DNA of 64,000 bases from an uncultured Alphaproteobacteria bacterium (GTDB taxonomy: Bacteria; Pseudomonadota; Alphaproteobacteria; Rs-D84), in assembly GCA_944389535.1 (NCBI GenBank), contig CALXMS010000001.1, positions 3,390 through 67,389 of the forward strand, read 5' to 3'. The translations under genes and the position numbers were made by a program. The notes beneath the pieces were generated by a model. The model made no database searches, was not told the DNA's origin, and saw only the letters and a list, made by a program, of their open reading frames with translations. Below are positions 20,057-30,029 of this stretch, one piece after another. How positions within the stretch are numbered: the first letter of the stretch is position 1; each line of letters starts with the position of its first letter.

Positions 20057-22138
20057 TTATTTTGTCAGTTTTTTTATAACCTCATCTGCAACGTTTTGTG
20101 GCACTTCAGCATAATGTGACAATTCCATATACGGATTTGCACGCCCCTGTGACAACGAACGCAGAGTCTTGACATATCCGAACAAATTCGCCAATGGAAC
20201 GAATGCCGAAATCAACTGATTACCGAATTGCGTTTCGATACCATTGATTTGCCCACGACGACTGTTCAAGTCCCCGATGATGTCACCGACATATTCTTCC
20301 GGCGTATTGACCGAAAGCTTCATAATCGGTTCCAACAACTTCGGCGCAGCTTTCTTCATCGCTTCACGGAAGCATGCACGCGCCGCTATTTCAAAGCACA
20401 AAACATTAGAGTCAACTTCGTGATATTTACCATCTACCAATGTTGCCTTGAAATCCACTGTCGGATAGCCAATCAGAACACCAGTCTGCTGCGCTATCTT
20501 CAAACCTTTTTCTACACCAGGGATATATTCTTTTGGAATCGCCCCACCAACAATCTTGTTTTCAAATTCATAGCCTTTACCAGGTTCCAACGGTTCAAAT
20601 TCTATCTTTACCTGAGCGTACTGACCAGAACCACCAGATTGTTTCTTGTGCGTATATTCTTCTGTGACAGGTTTGCTAAACGCCTCACGATATGCAATAC
20701 GTGGTTCACCAACGTTTACATCAACCTTAAATTCACGCAACAAACGATCAACCAAAATTTCCAAGTGCAATTCACCAACACCTGCCAAAATTGTTTGACC
20801 GGATTCTTCGTCTACAGATACGCGGAAAGAAGGATCTTCTTTTGCCAACGCCTGCAAACCTAAAGACATCTTTTCAATATCGGCTTTCGTTTTCGGTTCA
20901 ACAGCGATACTCATAACAGGTTCTGGAACGTGAATGTTTTCCAAAATAATTGGATTCGCTTCATCACACAACGTATCACCTGTAATCGTTTCTTTCATAC
21001 CAACCAATGTGATAATGTCACCTGCTGACGCTTCTTTAATTTCTTCACGCTGATTAGAATGCATCAACAACATACGACCGACACGTTCACGCTTATCACG
21101 ATTAGAGTTATAAATGTATGAACCAGATACTAACTTACCAGAATAAATACGGATGAACATCAAGTTACCAACGAACGGATCATTTGCAACTTTAAACGCC
21201 AAAGCACTAAATGGTTCTTTTGGATCCGCATGACGTTCAATCACTGTTTCACCGTCTTTTGCTGTACCTTTAATAGCAGGAATATCCAACGGAGATGGTA
21301 AATAATCTACGATAGCATCCAACAGCGGCTGAACACCCTTATTCTTAAACGCTGTTCCACATAAAACAGGGTTAAAGTTTTGTGCGATTGTTCCTTTTCT
21401 GATTAATTTTTTAATGGTCGCGACATCTGGAATCTTACCTTCCATATACGCTTCCATAATATCATCGTCTAAGGTAACAACTTCTTCAATCAGCTTATTA
21501 TGAAGTTCTTCTGCTTTTTCTTTCAAATCTTCTGGGACTTCTATGATATGCGGATCTTTACCCAAATCGTCTTCCCAAACAATACCGCGCATTTCAACAA
21601 CATCAACAACACCGCGAAAATCAGATTCTGCACCGATTGGGAAATTAACGACCAAAGGATTTGCACCCAAACGTTCACGTATCATATCTACACAACGGAA
21701 GAAGTTACCACCGATACGATCCATCTTATTTACAAAGCAAATACGAGGAACGTTATAACGATCGGCCTGACGCCATACAGTTTCAGTCTGAGGCTGTACA
21801 CCAGATACAGATTCAAAAACCGCAACGGCACCGTCCAAAACACGCAAAGAACGTTCTACTTCCATTGTAAAATCCACGTGCCCCGGAGTATCAATCAAAT
21901 TGATACGATGATCACGCCAGAAACACGTCGTTGCAGCAGACGTAATGGTAATACCACGTTCCTGTTCTTGTTCCATCCAGTCCATGGTTGCACCACCATC
22001 GTGTACTTCACCAATTTTATACGTTTTACCTGTATAGAACAAAATACGTTCTGACGTAGTTGTCTTACCAGCGTCAATGTGGGCCATAATACCGATATTA
22101 CGATACATATGTAAAGGAGCAGTTTTTCCGACTGACAT
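20057..22138 (-). CDS. fusA: Elongation factor G
   Basis: ..[26 protein letters not shown]..; 693 aa, between rpsG and tuf. Confidence 0.98.
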   Translation of the reverse strand: MSVGKTAPLHMYRNIGIMAHIDAGKTTTSERILFYTGKTYKIGEVHDGGATMDWMEQEQERGITITSAATTCFWRDHRINLIDTPGHVDFTMEVERSLRVLDGAVAVFESVSGVQPQTETVWRQADRYNVPRICFVNKMDRIGGNFFRCVDMIRERLGANPLVVNFPIGAESDFRGVVDVVEMRGIVWEDDLGKDPHIIEVPEDLKEKAEELHNKLIEEVVTLDDDIMEAYMEGKIPDVATIKKLIRKGTIAQNFNPVLCGTAFKNKGVQPLLDAIVDYLPSPLDIPAIKGTAKDGETVIERHADPKEPFSALAFKVANDPFVGNLMFIRIYSGKLVSGSYIYNSNRDKRERVGRMLLMHSNQREEIKEASAGDIITLVGMKETITGDTLCDEANPIILENIHVPEPVMSIAVEPKTKADIEKMSLGLQALAKEDPSFRVSVDEESGQTILAGVGELHLEILVDRLLREFKVDVNVGEPRIAYREAFSKPVTEEYTHKKQSGGSGQYAQVKIEFEPLEPGKGYEFENKIVGGAIPKEYIPGVEKGLKIAQQTGVLIGYPTVDFKATLVDGKYHEVDSNVLCFEIAARACFREAMKKAAPKLLEPIMKLSVNTPEEYVGDIIGDLNSRRGQINGIETQFGNQLISAFVPLANLFGYVKTLRSLSQGRANPYMELSHYAEVPQNVADEVIKKLTK

Positions 22139-22206
22139 ATTATTAGTTCCTTGTTTTTATTGTTTGTTTATCCTAGGTTCACTCATAATTATAATTTATG
22201 TACACA

Positions 22207-22680
22207 TTACCAACGGAAGTGAGCAAACGCTTTATTTGCCTCAGCCATCTTATGGGTATCAATCTTTTTCTTAAACGCACTACCCTGACCGTTCAAAGCA
22301 TCGCGTAATTCACCGAATAATCTGTCTTCCATAGAACGCTCACCACGTTTACGCGCAAACATAACCAACCAACGTAAAGCCAAAGTTTGCTGACGTGCCG
22401 GACGAACTTCTACAGGAACCTGATAAGTTGCACCACCAACACGGCGACCTTTTACTTCAACAGAAGGTTTCAACGCATCCACCGCTTCCAAGAAAGCCGC
22501 AAGTTCATCACCATCTTTTGCAATCTTTTTCAATTTATCCAATGCACCATAAACGATGTTTTCAGCAACTTCTTTTTTACCGTCCCACATAACAACATTT
22601 ATACATTTCGCAACAACCAGATTATTATATTTGGAATCTGGTAAAATTTCACGTTTAGTTGCGCTTTTACGTCTTGACAT
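22207..22680 (-). CDS. rpsG: 30S ribosomal protein S7
   Basis: [20 protein letters not shown].. Confidence 0.97.
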   Translation of the reverse strand: MSRRKSATKREILPDSKYNNLVVAKCINVVMWDGKKEVAENIVYGALDKLKKIAKDGDELAAFLEAVDALKPSVEVKGRRVGGATYQVPVEVRPARQQTLALRWLVMFARKRGERSMEDRLFGELRDALNGQGSAFKKKIDTHKMAEANKAFAHFRW

Positions 22681-22747
22681 TTTATTTCCTTTTTTATTTC
22701 TTCATCTAGGCAAAACCTAAATTACTCACACAGTTAACCTGCGTGTA

Positions 22748-23119
22748 TTATTTACTTACCTTTGCGCCATACAATGAACGACCCTGCTTTCTGCTTTCTA
22801 CACCCTTTGTATCCAAAACACCGCGGATGATATGATATTTAACACCCGGCAAGTCTTTTACACGACCGCCACGAATCATAACGACGCTGTGTTCTTGCAG
22901 ATTATGTCCTTCACCTGGAATGTATGCCGTAACTTCACGCCCATTCGCAAGTTTAACACGCGCCACTTTACGTTGAGCAGAGTTAGGTTTCTTAGGCGTG
23001 GTCGTATACACACGAGTGCAAACACCACGTTTCTGCGGAGCTTCCATCATATCAGGTGCAGTCGACTTAACGACAACCTTTTTACGTGGTTTCCGAATCA
23101 GTTGATTTACTGTTGGCAT
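22748..23119 (-). CDS. rpsL: 30S ribosomal protein S12
   Basis: [14 protein letters not shown].. ..[17 protein letters not shown].. Confidence 0.98.
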   Translation of the reverse strand: MPTVNQLIRKPRKKVVVKSTAPDMMEAPQKRGVCTRVYTTTPKKPNSAQRKVARVKLANGREVTAYIPGEGHNLQEHSVVMIRGGRVKDLPGVKYHIIRGVLDTKGVESRKQGRSLYGAKVSK

Positions 23120-23150
23120 TCAAAATCTCTTTGTTTTTTGTATCATTTTT

Positions 23151-23224
23151 ATCTGCATACAACATCGTACCGGACTTATCTCAACGGAACAACCGCGATT
23201 ATAAATCCGTCAGAACATGCAGAT
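23151..23224 (-). promoter_or_regulatory. Structured 5' leader of rpsL (8-bp closing stem enclosing smaller hairpins)
   Basis: ATCTGCAT (23151-23158) pairs with ATGCAGAT (23217-23224). An inner ACGGA/TCCGT stem lies between them. Confidence 0.35.
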
Positions 23225-23267
23225 TTCTGTGTTTTTTTCTTTCCTTATTTACACGGAAAGCGAATAT

Positions 23268-23296
23268 ACTATAACCACGAACATGTGTATTGTCAA
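23268..23296 (-). promoter_or_regulatory. Sigma70-like promoter of the str/S10/spc super-operon
   Basis: On the minus strand: TTGACA (23296-23291), 17 nt, TATAGT (23273-23268). Confidence 0.55.
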
Positions 23297-23318
23297 GCAG
23301 AAACTCGGACTTTTTATC

Positions 23319-23351
23319 AAAAAAATCCCTAGATTTTCGCAAAAATCTGGG
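23319..23351 (-). terminator. Rho-independent terminator after the 23418 OMP gene
   Basis: On the minus strand: CCCAGATTTT-tgcg-AAAATCTAGGG followed by ATTTTTTT. Confidence 0.65.
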
Positions 23352-23417
23352 AAGTTATACCCAAACCAAAAATGACAAAAATTTCATTAGTATTTAAATA
23401 ACAAAAAAACATAAGAA

Positions 23418-24185
23418 TCAAAATACGACAGAGAATTCTGCACCAACTTTCCAATAATCATCTGGCATAATTTCACTGTGTTCGCTATTCTTTGTTTTGA
23501 AATGGTATTCAATATACGGATGCACAGCCGCATTTTCAGACATATTATAGACGCCACCAAATTTTATTGACCTGTTATACAACGTCACCGGATTGTCTAT
23601 TTCTTTTAAACCAAAATGAAATTCTGCCTTTACCGCAAAGTTCATTGTAAAATAATACATACCTTCTAAAGTCAAACCGACATTCCAGAAATTTTTGGGT
23701 TCTGCAAAAACGAACGTTCCTGTCACTTTTGCCGCCCATTGGAATAAATCCCCCGCAATGCCATGAATACGAAACGCAGCATCTACGTTATTATTACCGA
23801 CGCGCTGATTAGTCTTGGCGTTTTTAGTCCACGCAATACCATAATCTGCAGATAAATCTAATTTAAAGCCCTTATTGGTTAAAACTTTATAACTTAACCC
23901 CACCTGAGAATCTGCATAATCATTACTTGTACTAAAAGAAACAGTCCAATCATCTAGAAATGTGTAGTCTATTTCCATTCCGACGTCATCTATATTTCCA
24001 GACTTAACATCATCGTGCCCTGTTCCGTCTTTATTGGCACCTGTTTTAAATTCTGCGCCAAATGTTGCAGAAAATTCCTTATCTTCGGTTAAACGGCTTA
24101 CATCAAATATACCGGCATGACTTAATAATGGGAAAAAACTTCCTAAGGAACTAATAAAAAAAATGTTTATTTTTTTCATCCGCAA
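23418..24185 (-). CDS. Small outer-membrane beta-barrel protein (OMP paralogue A)
   Basis: Signal peptide (..FFPLLSHA), alternating amphipathic strands, and a C-terminal ..AEFSVVF ending in Phe. Confidence 0.8.
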   Translation of the reverse strand: MRMKKINIFFISSLGSFFPLLSHAGIFDVSRLTEDKEFSATFGAEFKTGANKDGTGHDDVKSGNIDDVGMEIDYTFLDDWTVSFSTSNDYADSQVGLSYKVLTNKGFKLDLSADYGIAWTKNAKTNQRVGNNNVDAAFRIHGIAGDLFQWAAKVTGTFVFAEPKNFWNVGLTLEGMYYFTMNFAVKAEFHFGLKEIDNPVTLYNRSIKFGGVYNMSENAAVHPYIEYHFKTKNSEHSEIMPDDYWKVGAEFSVVF

Positions 24186-24249
24186 TTCCTAAATTCATAT
24201 AAAAATCTTGCCATACCAGCGCACAACAATTCCACAGGAAGCAATTCAC

Positions 24250-24288
24250 AAAAAAATACCCCGAACAAAAAGTTCAGGGTATTTTTTA
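24250..24288. terminator. Bidirectional-looking terminator after the 24301 OMP gene
   Basis: AAAAAAA-TACCCCGAAC-aaaaa-GTTCAGGGTA-TTTTTT (one mismatch in the stem). Confidence 0.7.
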
Positions 24289-24300
24289 TATGACTTGTAA

Positions 24301-24879
24301 TTAGAAGTTATACAAGAAACCGATTTGGAACGCACCAGTATCTAATACATTTGACGAGTCAGCAAATGCATTAAACGTCCAACCATCTTCTATACCCATT
24401 TTGTCATTTTCAAACGTATATCCCGCATTAACCCCTAAGAAGTTCAAATTAGCATACAATGTAAATGATTCGGAAACATCGTATGTTACCATTGGCGCAA
24501 CAGATAGCCTTAACATAGAAGCTGTTTCACCGTCCAACGCCTCATTTTCAGAAGCAAGTGTCACGAAACCAGCACCCACATCACCTCTTAACAGCAACTT
24601 AAAATCACCAAATTGCGCTATTTTATAACGAGCGAATACATCAACGCCATAAGAATAACGACCGTTATCAGCGTCATTCCGATTATAATTAATAGAGGCT
24701 CCTAAACCTAAATCCCAATTATCATTATATTTCCAACCAACTTCTGGTGAAATCCCCATTACATTAGAATGTGTTTCGTCCATGTTCAAAGATGCGCCAC
24801 CACCGACGAAGAAATCTGCTGCCTGAACACTGGAAACCGCAAAAACTGCCAATAAAGATGTTAAAAATATTTTTTTCAT
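24301..24879 (-). CDS. Small outer-membrane beta-barrel protein (OMP paralogue B)
   Basis: MKKIFLTSLLAVFAVSSVQAADFF.., with the C-terminus ..IGFLYNF. Confidence 0.85.
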   Translation of the reverse strand: MKKIFLTSLLAVFAVSSVQAADFFVGGGASLNMDETHSNVMGISPEVGWKYNDNWDLGLGASINYNRNDADNGRYSYGVDVFARYKIAQFGDFKLLLRGDVGAGFVTLASENEALDGETASMLRLSVAPMVTYDVSESFTLYANLNFLGVNAGYTFENDKMGIEDGWTFNAFADSSNVLDTGAFQIGFLYNF

Positions 24880-25006
24880 GATATATCCTTTCCTTTGTGT
24901 TATTGGGAACTAGACTTTTTTATCTAGTTATATTCATTGTATACTGTGAATAAAATCATTTGCAAGTTTAAAGATTTTTGCAAAATCGGCAGAAATATGC
25001 TATAAT
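24880..25006. promoter_or_regulatory. Duplicated upstream module, copy 1 (5' UTR and promoter region of OMP B)
   Basis: Shares these elements with 25846-25972: ATCCTTTCCTTTG..TTATTGGGAACTAGA..TTATCTAG, AATAAAAT..CAAGT.TAAAGATTTTTGCAAAA and AAATATGCTATAAT. On the plus strand, TTGCAA (24978-24983), 17 nt, TATAAT (25001-25006). Confidence 0.6.
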
Positions 25007-25028
25007 TTGGCAGATTTGCGATTCGATT

Positions 25029-25066
25029 AAAAAAAACAACCCGACGCTTTTGTCGGGTTGTTTTTG
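25029..25066. terminator. Bidirectional terminator after the 25078 OMP gene
   Basis: AAAAAAAA-CAACCCGAC-gctttt-GTCGGGTTG-TTTTTG. Confidence 0.8.
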
Positions 25067-25077
25067 TAAACATAAAT

Positions 25078-25845
25078 TTAGAACTGAATACCAAACTTGG
25101 CACCGTAACCGAACCCATCAGCAACAGTCCATTGACCAGGGTTTGTATGAGCCATATATTTTGCTAAGTAAATACCGACAAACATATTGTCGTCTATTAA
25201 ATAATTAGCACCGATTTTTCCTTCCCACTGACCAGCGTTTTCAACTCTGTCATCCATAATACCGGTATATTGTGCCCCAAGTGCCAAATCCCAGTCTTCG
25301 TTCAGTGCAACCAACAGGTCTGCACCCAAAGTTAAATAATGCCAACCATCATCGCCCCAGTTAAAAGATTCTGTATTAACATAATCAAAATCTATATATC
25401 CGGCAAGGGTCCATGCGTCTGTTACATAACCTGCACGCATACCGATGTTCCATGCATAGTTAGTTTCGTTTTCCTCCATAAAGCTTTTACCATAAGCCCA
25501 GACAGGATTTACACCATAGCTACCGTAAATATCAGCTTTCCACTTTTCCATATCCAACAAACGATAATTTACGCCTATGCCTAGTTGCCCCCATTCTGAT
25601 TGGTCAAACCAATTATTTTCAGCCATAGACATTGCGATGCCAACGGCCAACCTGTCGGTAATACCATATCCAAACTCTTCACCTAAATCTAGGCGAGTTG
25701 TAGAATTTGTATTAGATTCTAAATCTGTCATGCTGTAAAACATACCTTGGTCTGGACGGTATAGCGGATTGTCCAACATACCTGCAGCGTGTGCACCAGA
25801 CACTGCGAATACAGTCAACAAAGATGTTAAAACTAGTTTTTTCAT
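25078..25845 (-). CDS. Small outer-membrane beta-barrel protein (OMP paralogue C)
   Basis: MKKLVLTSLLTVFAVSGAHAAG.. (the signal peptide is nearly the same as in paralogue B), with the C-terminus ..AKFGIQF. Confidence 0.85.
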   Translation of the reverse strand: MKKLVLTSLLTVFAVSGAHAAGMLDNPLYRPDQGMFYSMTDLESNTNSTTRLDLGEEFGYGITDRLAVGIAMSMAENNWFDQSEWGQLGIGVNYRLLDMEKWKADIYGSYGVNPVWAYGKSFMEENETNYAWNIGMRAGYVTDAWTLAGYIDFDYVNTESFNWGDDGWHYLTLGADLLVALNEDWDLALGAQYTGIMDDRVENAGQWEGKIGANYLIDDNMFVGIYLAKYMAHTNPGQWTVADGFGYGAKFGIQF

Positions 25846-25972
25846 ACTTTATCCTTTCCTTTGAATTATTGGGAACTAGAAATCTTTATCTAGCTAGGAA
25901 TAATTTAAACCGCAAACAATAAAATTTTCAAGTCTAAAGATTTTTGCAAAACTAAAAAAAATATGCTATAAT
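25846..25972. promoter_or_regulatory. Duplicated upstream module, copy 2 (upstream of OMP C)
   Basis: Same conserved blocks as 24880-25006. On the plus strand, TTGCAA (25944-25949), 17 nt, TATAAT (25967-25972). Confidence 0.6.
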
Positions 25973-26111
25973 CAAGCACTTCCAAAACAAGGAATATGTT
26001 CTTATTGACAACAAAAAACACCGAAAAACTACGTTTTTTTATTACGAAAAAAAAGATTACTTTTTTTAAATGAATCGTTTATACGAAACAAATAGGAAAA
26101 GGTACTTATGA

Positions 26112-27125
26112 TTACTGATTTAATTCTTTCTTGATTTCACGCCAATCAGCATGATTTTTCATATGTTCTTCATAAGTACGTGCAAATTTATGTCCACCTT
26201 TACCATCAGCAACAAAAAACAAATAATTAGTATCCGCAGGTTGTAGTACAGCATGAATTGCGGCAATTCCTACGTTAGCTATAGGAGCCGGCGGCAACCC
26301 ATAATTTGTATAAGTGTTATAAGGACTTTCTATTTTTAAGTTATCACGCAGCAAAGGAGCACCACGCATATCCCCAAGTCTATTTGTCAAAGCATATACC
26401 ACCGTAGGATCTGCCTGAAGACGCATTTTATCACGCAGACGATTTAAATAAACGCTGGCTATAATAGGCATTTCCGATTCTTTTGAAGTTTCTTTTTGAA
26501 CAATGGAAGCCAGCGTAACAATTTCGTTCCAAGTTTTTAATGGACGTGGAGCTATACGACCTGTTTTTTCCCATTTAGTTTCTAAGTCTTCCATTTTCTT
26601 GCGCATTAAATCCAGTAATGCCAACCGCGAAGTCCCCCTGGCAACTTTATAAGTATCCGGGAACAAATCCCCATCTTGTAGATTACATACGGGCAAGTCA
26701 GTACCTGCCCCACATTCTACATCGCCAGTAAGTGAAGTATCCGCCATTAATTGTTCTTTAATTTGTTTTACAGTCAACCCTTCTGGTATAACAACGGTTG
26801 TGGTTGCAATATCCCCATTAGCGAACATATCTGCAATTCGCCAAACGCTGGTTCCACGTGGTATATCATATTGTCCAGATTGAATACGCCCACCATTTCC
26901 ACGAACAGCAATTTTAAATAATGTTATTGAATCGATTAAGTTCCGTTCTTGTAATTGAATAGCGACATCGGAAACATTAACACCCTTTGTAACGTTAAAC
27001 ACCACATCACGTTCAACTGTTGAACGAATTCCGAATATATAAAATAATACAGTTACTATTATAATTATTAAGAAACAAATAATATGTACATATTTCTTTG
27101 CTAATAGTTTTTTCTTCTTTTTCAT
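26112..27125 (-). CDS. mltG: Endolytic murein transglycosylase MltG (YceG family)
   Basis: N-terminal TM helix, ..ASVYLNRLRDKMRLQADPTVVYAL.. and ..YNTYTNYGLPPAPIANVG.. motifs. The start was moved to the ATG at 27125 (MKKKKKLL). Confidence 0.85.
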   Translation of the reverse strand: MKKKKKLLAKKYVHIICFLIIIIVTVLFYIFGIRSTVERDVVFNVTKGVNVSDVAIQLQERNLIDSITLFKIAVRGNGGRIQSGQYDIPRGTSVWRIADMFANGDIATTTVVIPEGLTVKQIKEQLMADTSLTGDVECGAGTDLPVCNLQDGDLFPDTYKVARGTSRLALLDLMRKKMEDLETKWEKTGRIAPRPLKTWNEIVTLASIVQKETSKESEMPIIASVYLNRLRDKMRLQADPTVVYALTNRLGDMRGAPLLRDNLKIESPYNTYTNYGLPPAPIANVGIAAIHAVLQPADTNYLFFVADGKGGHKFARTYEEHMKNHADWREIKKELNQ

Positions 27126-27213
27126 AACAGAAATATTATTACAAAAAAAAGGCGTTTGCAAACCAATATATTAAAACAAATCTCAACTGTAATTAAGTGC
27201 AATTAAACGACAC

Positions 27214-27243
27214 AAAAAAAGTGCCCGATTAAATGGGCACTTT
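27214..27243 (-). terminator. Terminator after the 27254 lipoprotein gene
   Basis: On the minus strand: GTGCCC-atttaatc-GGGCAC followed by TTTTTTT. Confidence 0.7.
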
Positions 27244-27253
27244 AATCTAAGTT

Positions 27254-27979
27254 TCAGTCAACATAAATACTTTCTGGTATATCCAGCCCTATTTTATGAC
27301 TTTCTTTATATTGTTTTAAACGATTCAAAGCTTCGCATGCATCCATTTCGTATTCTGAAATCCCATCTGTCCAATCATACAAATTAGGTGCCTCTGGATT
27401 CCAATTTTCAGTTATTGCGATTGCGTCTTCTGTTGGAATATTTACAAATTCTACTTTCATTTTACCCTCATTAGTCTCATAACCGCCGTCAGCGCTTGGT
27501 GTAAACGTGTAACTTTTTATTACGTTGATCGCAATATTTTTAAAATTACCGTTTTCATCCGTTATCGCCGTCGTAGATTTTGACAGTTCATATATGCACT
27601 TTTCTACGTCAGTTGGTTTATCATAGTCAGATTCAAAACGCCCAACCATGTCACATTTCATAGAATGACTAGAATCACCCATACCGTAATAAATGACCAT
27701 TCTTGTATCTATGTCAAAAATAACCCATAAAGCAATTTCTTCGTTTTCGTCATCATTTCCTACATACATACGCATTACTTGGGTTGGCGTTTCTTTTACT
27801 TCTTTTACTTTATTCAAGTTTATTTCATTTCCGTTTACATTTAATACGGCTTTATCATTATAAGCAACAAAATCGACTATATGGTTTTTCCCCGCGGTAC
27901 AATATAAAGTTCCGCTTGAAACCGGATTTTCACAAGCCGCCAAAAAAGCACACAAAAATAACATAAATATTTTTTTCAT
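27254..27979 (-). CDS. Lipoprotein of unknown function
   Basis: MKKIFMLFLCAFLAAC (lipobox LAAC). I recognised no family. An extended -10 (TGCTATAAT, minus strand, 28047-28039) lies upstream. Confidence 0.7.
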   Translation of the reverse strand: MKKIFMLFLCAFLAACENPVSSGTLYCTAGKNHIVDFVAYNDKAVLNVNGNEINLNKVKEVKETPTQVMRMYVGNDDENEEIALWVIFDIDTRMVIYYGMGDSSHSMKCDMVGRFESDYDKPTDVEKCIYELSKSTTAITDENGNFKNIAINVIKSYTFTPSADGGYETNEGKMKVEFVNIPTEDAIAITENWNPEAPNLYDWTDGISEYEMDACEALNRLKQYKESHKIGLDIPESIYVD

Positions 27980-28090
27980 ATAAAACTCCTCCCCTTATCG
28001 AATTATTTGTTAATAAACCGAATCATTATAATGAGGAAATTATAGCATATATAAAATGAAAAAGCTTGTAAAATGCAGATTTATAAAAGA

Positions 28091-28167
28091 TGGTCGGAGT
28101 GACTGGGTTCGAACCAGCGACCTCTACGTCCCGAACATAGCGCTCTACCAGGCTGAGCTACACTCCG
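28091..28167 (-). tRNA. tRNA-Pro (anticodon CGG)
   Basis: The reverse complement folds as a cloverleaf: CGGAGTG-TA-GCTC-AGCCTGGTA-GAGC-G-CTATG-TTCGGGA-CGTAG-AGGTC-GCTGG-TTCGAAC-CCAGT-CACTCCG-A-CCA. It is 77 nt, has G37, and encodes the CCA end. Confidence 0.92.
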
Positions 28168-28295
28168 AAAAAACTTTAAGCAGCCGGATTATGCAACCAT
28201 ACCGATAAAAAATCAACTTTTTTATTTGTTATTTTCCTTTTATTTATTATATTTTATTTGCAATACTTTCCCAAGTAAACCAAAAGGTTAATTAA

Positions 28296-29981
28296 ATGTT
28301 CGCGTTAAAGTTTTTGAAAAAAGATAAATTTGATAGTTATGATGATTATATTCAAAACGGCGCACCTATTGTTCCGGAAAATTTTAATTTTTCTTACGAT
28401 GTAATCGATGAACTGGCAAAAGAAACCCCTGATGCATTGGCTTTATTATGGACGAACGATTCGGGTGATGTAAAAAAGTTTACTTTTAAAGATCTGTCAC
28501 AGATGTCTAATTCCGTTGCAAATTTTTTAACTTCTCGCGGTTTGAAAAAGGGTGATACGACTCTTTTGTTTATGCGCCGTCGTTGGGAATATTGGATTCT
28601 GATGTTGGCAATGCATAAAGTAGGTGTCATACCGATTCCATCTACAAATCAACTAAAAGCCGAAGATATCGAATATCGAATTGAACAAGCAGAATCAAAA
28701 GCAATTTTTGCATTTGACGATGGTCATATCATAAATGAAATTCATACCGCAATCGGTGAACGAGACATTCCTATAATCTCAAACGAAGAAATTGCCGCTT
28801 CAATTGAAACTATGCCGTCTACCATTGAACGTGTACCGAATGAAAATACAGATACAATGGTAATTTACTTTACCAGCGGAACAACGGATATGCCGAAAAT
28901 GGTGGCCCATAATTTTACATATCCGCTTGGTCATATTAATACAGCAATGTTCTGGCAGAGGTTGCATGATAAAGACATACACTTTACATTATCTGAGTCT
29001 GGTTGGGCTAAATGTTCTTGGGGTAAGATGTACGGGCAATGGTTGTCTGGTGCCACAGTATTTGTTTTTGACTTTGCCGGCATAGCAACGGCTCATGATT
29101 TACTACACGCCATATCAGAACATCATATAACGTCATTTTGTGCCCCCCCGACGGTATACAAAATGTTAATACACGCTGATTTCAGTAAGTATGATTTATC
29201 TGCATTAGAAAAAGCAGACATTGCTGGCGAAGCACTAAACCCAGAAGTATACGAGAAATTTTTGGATTTAAGTGGCATAAAACTACATGAAGGTTACGGT
29301 CAGACGGAAACTTGTATCATGTTATTTACAAATCAATGGATAGAACCAAAACCTGGCAGTATGGGTATGCCATCTGCTGGTTGGGATGTTCAACTATTAG
29401 ATGAAGGCGGACGCCCTGTTCCGAACGGTACAGTCGGGGAAATTTGTGTATCTTTAAAAAATGGTCACCCTGTCGGGTTATTCCAGGGTTATCATAAAAA
29501 CGATAAATTAACCGCAAAAGTTTTTCGCGATGGTTTCTATCACACTGGTGACGTTGCATATCGCGACAACGATGGTTACTATTGGTTTGTCGGACGTAAT
29601 GATGATTTGATTAAAACGTCTGGTTATCGCGTCAGCCCATTTGAGGTCGAAAGTGTCTTACTAGAACATCCTGCTGTTCGTGAGGTCGCCGTAACAGGCA
29701 TTCCAGATCCATCACGTGGTATGGCAGTTAAAGCAACGATCGTTTTGAATAAATACTTTCAGGGTACGGATGTTTTGGTTCGTCAATTACAAGACCATGT
29801 ACGCAGTCGCACCGCATCATATAAATATCCACGTGTGATAGAATTCGTTGATAGTTTACCTATGACGATCAGCGGCAAAATTCGACGCGCATTGATAAGA
29901 ACACTAGACAGCGCAAAGAATACGATTATAGAACCAGTGAAAAGTGCGATTGGTTTAGATAGTAAAGAAGAAGAAAAATAA
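28296..29981 (+). CDS. AMP-forming acyl-CoA synthetase (medium-chain/aromatic acid-CoA ligase-like)
   Basis: Carries ..YFTSGTTDMPKMV.. (AMP-binding motif), ..EGYGQTET.., ..YHTGDVAYRDNDGYYWFVGRNDDLIKTSGYRVSPFEVE.. and ..ISGKIRR.. Confidence 0.9.
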   Translation: MFALKFLKKDKFDSYDDYIQNGAPIVPENFNFSYDVIDELAKETPDALALLWTNDSGDVKKFTFKDLSQMSNSVANFLTSRGLKKGDTTLLFMRRRWEYWILMLAMHKVGVIPIPSTNQLKAEDIEYRIEQAESKAIFAFDDGHIINEIHTAIGERDIPIISNEEIAASIETMPSTIERVPNENTDTMVIYFTSGTTDMPKMVAHNFTYPLGHINTAMFWQRLHDKDIHFTLSESGWAKCSWGKMYGQWLSGATVFVFDFAGIATAHDLLHAISEHHITSFCAPPTVYKMLIHADFSKYDLSALEKADIAGEALNPEVYEKFLDLSGIKLHEGYGQTETCIMLFTNQWIEPKPGSMGMPSAGWDVQLLDEGGRPVPNGTVGEICVSLKNGHPVGLFQGYHKNDKLTAKVFRDGFYHTGDVAYRDNDGYYWFVGRNDDLIKTSGYRVSPFEVESVLLEHPAVREVAVTGIPDPSRGMAVKATIVLNKYFQGTDVLVRQLQDHVRSRTASYKYPRVIEFVDSLPMTISGKIRRALIRTLDSAKNTIIEPVKSAIGLDSKEEEK

Positions 29982-30010
29982 AAAAAACCGCCACAACTGG
30001 CGGTTTTTTA
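29979..30010. terminator. Bidirectional terminator (acyl-CoA synthetase / fabF)
   Basis: AAAAAAA-ACCGCC-acaact-GGCGGT-TTTTT. Confidence 0.8.
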
Positions 30011-30029
30011 TTTTTGCGTTAATTAAATA

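Noticed and set aside
14690-22054. Many long plus-strand ORFs in the track lie across the ribosomal/EF genes, e.g. 14690-15190, 15716-16114, 18334-18957, 18864-19346, 20228-20863 and 21500-22054.
   Set aside because: They lie antisense to strongly recognisable conserved genes, have odd composition (Cys/Arg/Phe-rich), and lack an RBS or recognisable motifs. They are shadow ORFs.
24880-25972. A fimS-like invertible promoter switch in the duplicated OMP upstream modules, because the consensus promoter faces away from the genes.
   Set aside because: I found no conserved inverted repeats bracketing the promoter in both copies, only local palindromes such as TTTTGCAAAA and CTAGA..TCTAG. No active recombinase gene is adjacent either.
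25976-26111. A possible 25-aa ORF (MFLLTTKNTEKLRFFITKKKITFFK) downstream of the plus-strand promoter of OMP module copy 2.
   Set aside because: The AAGGAA sits only 1-2 nt from the ATG, the peptide is low-complexity, and there is no counterpart downstream of module copy 1.
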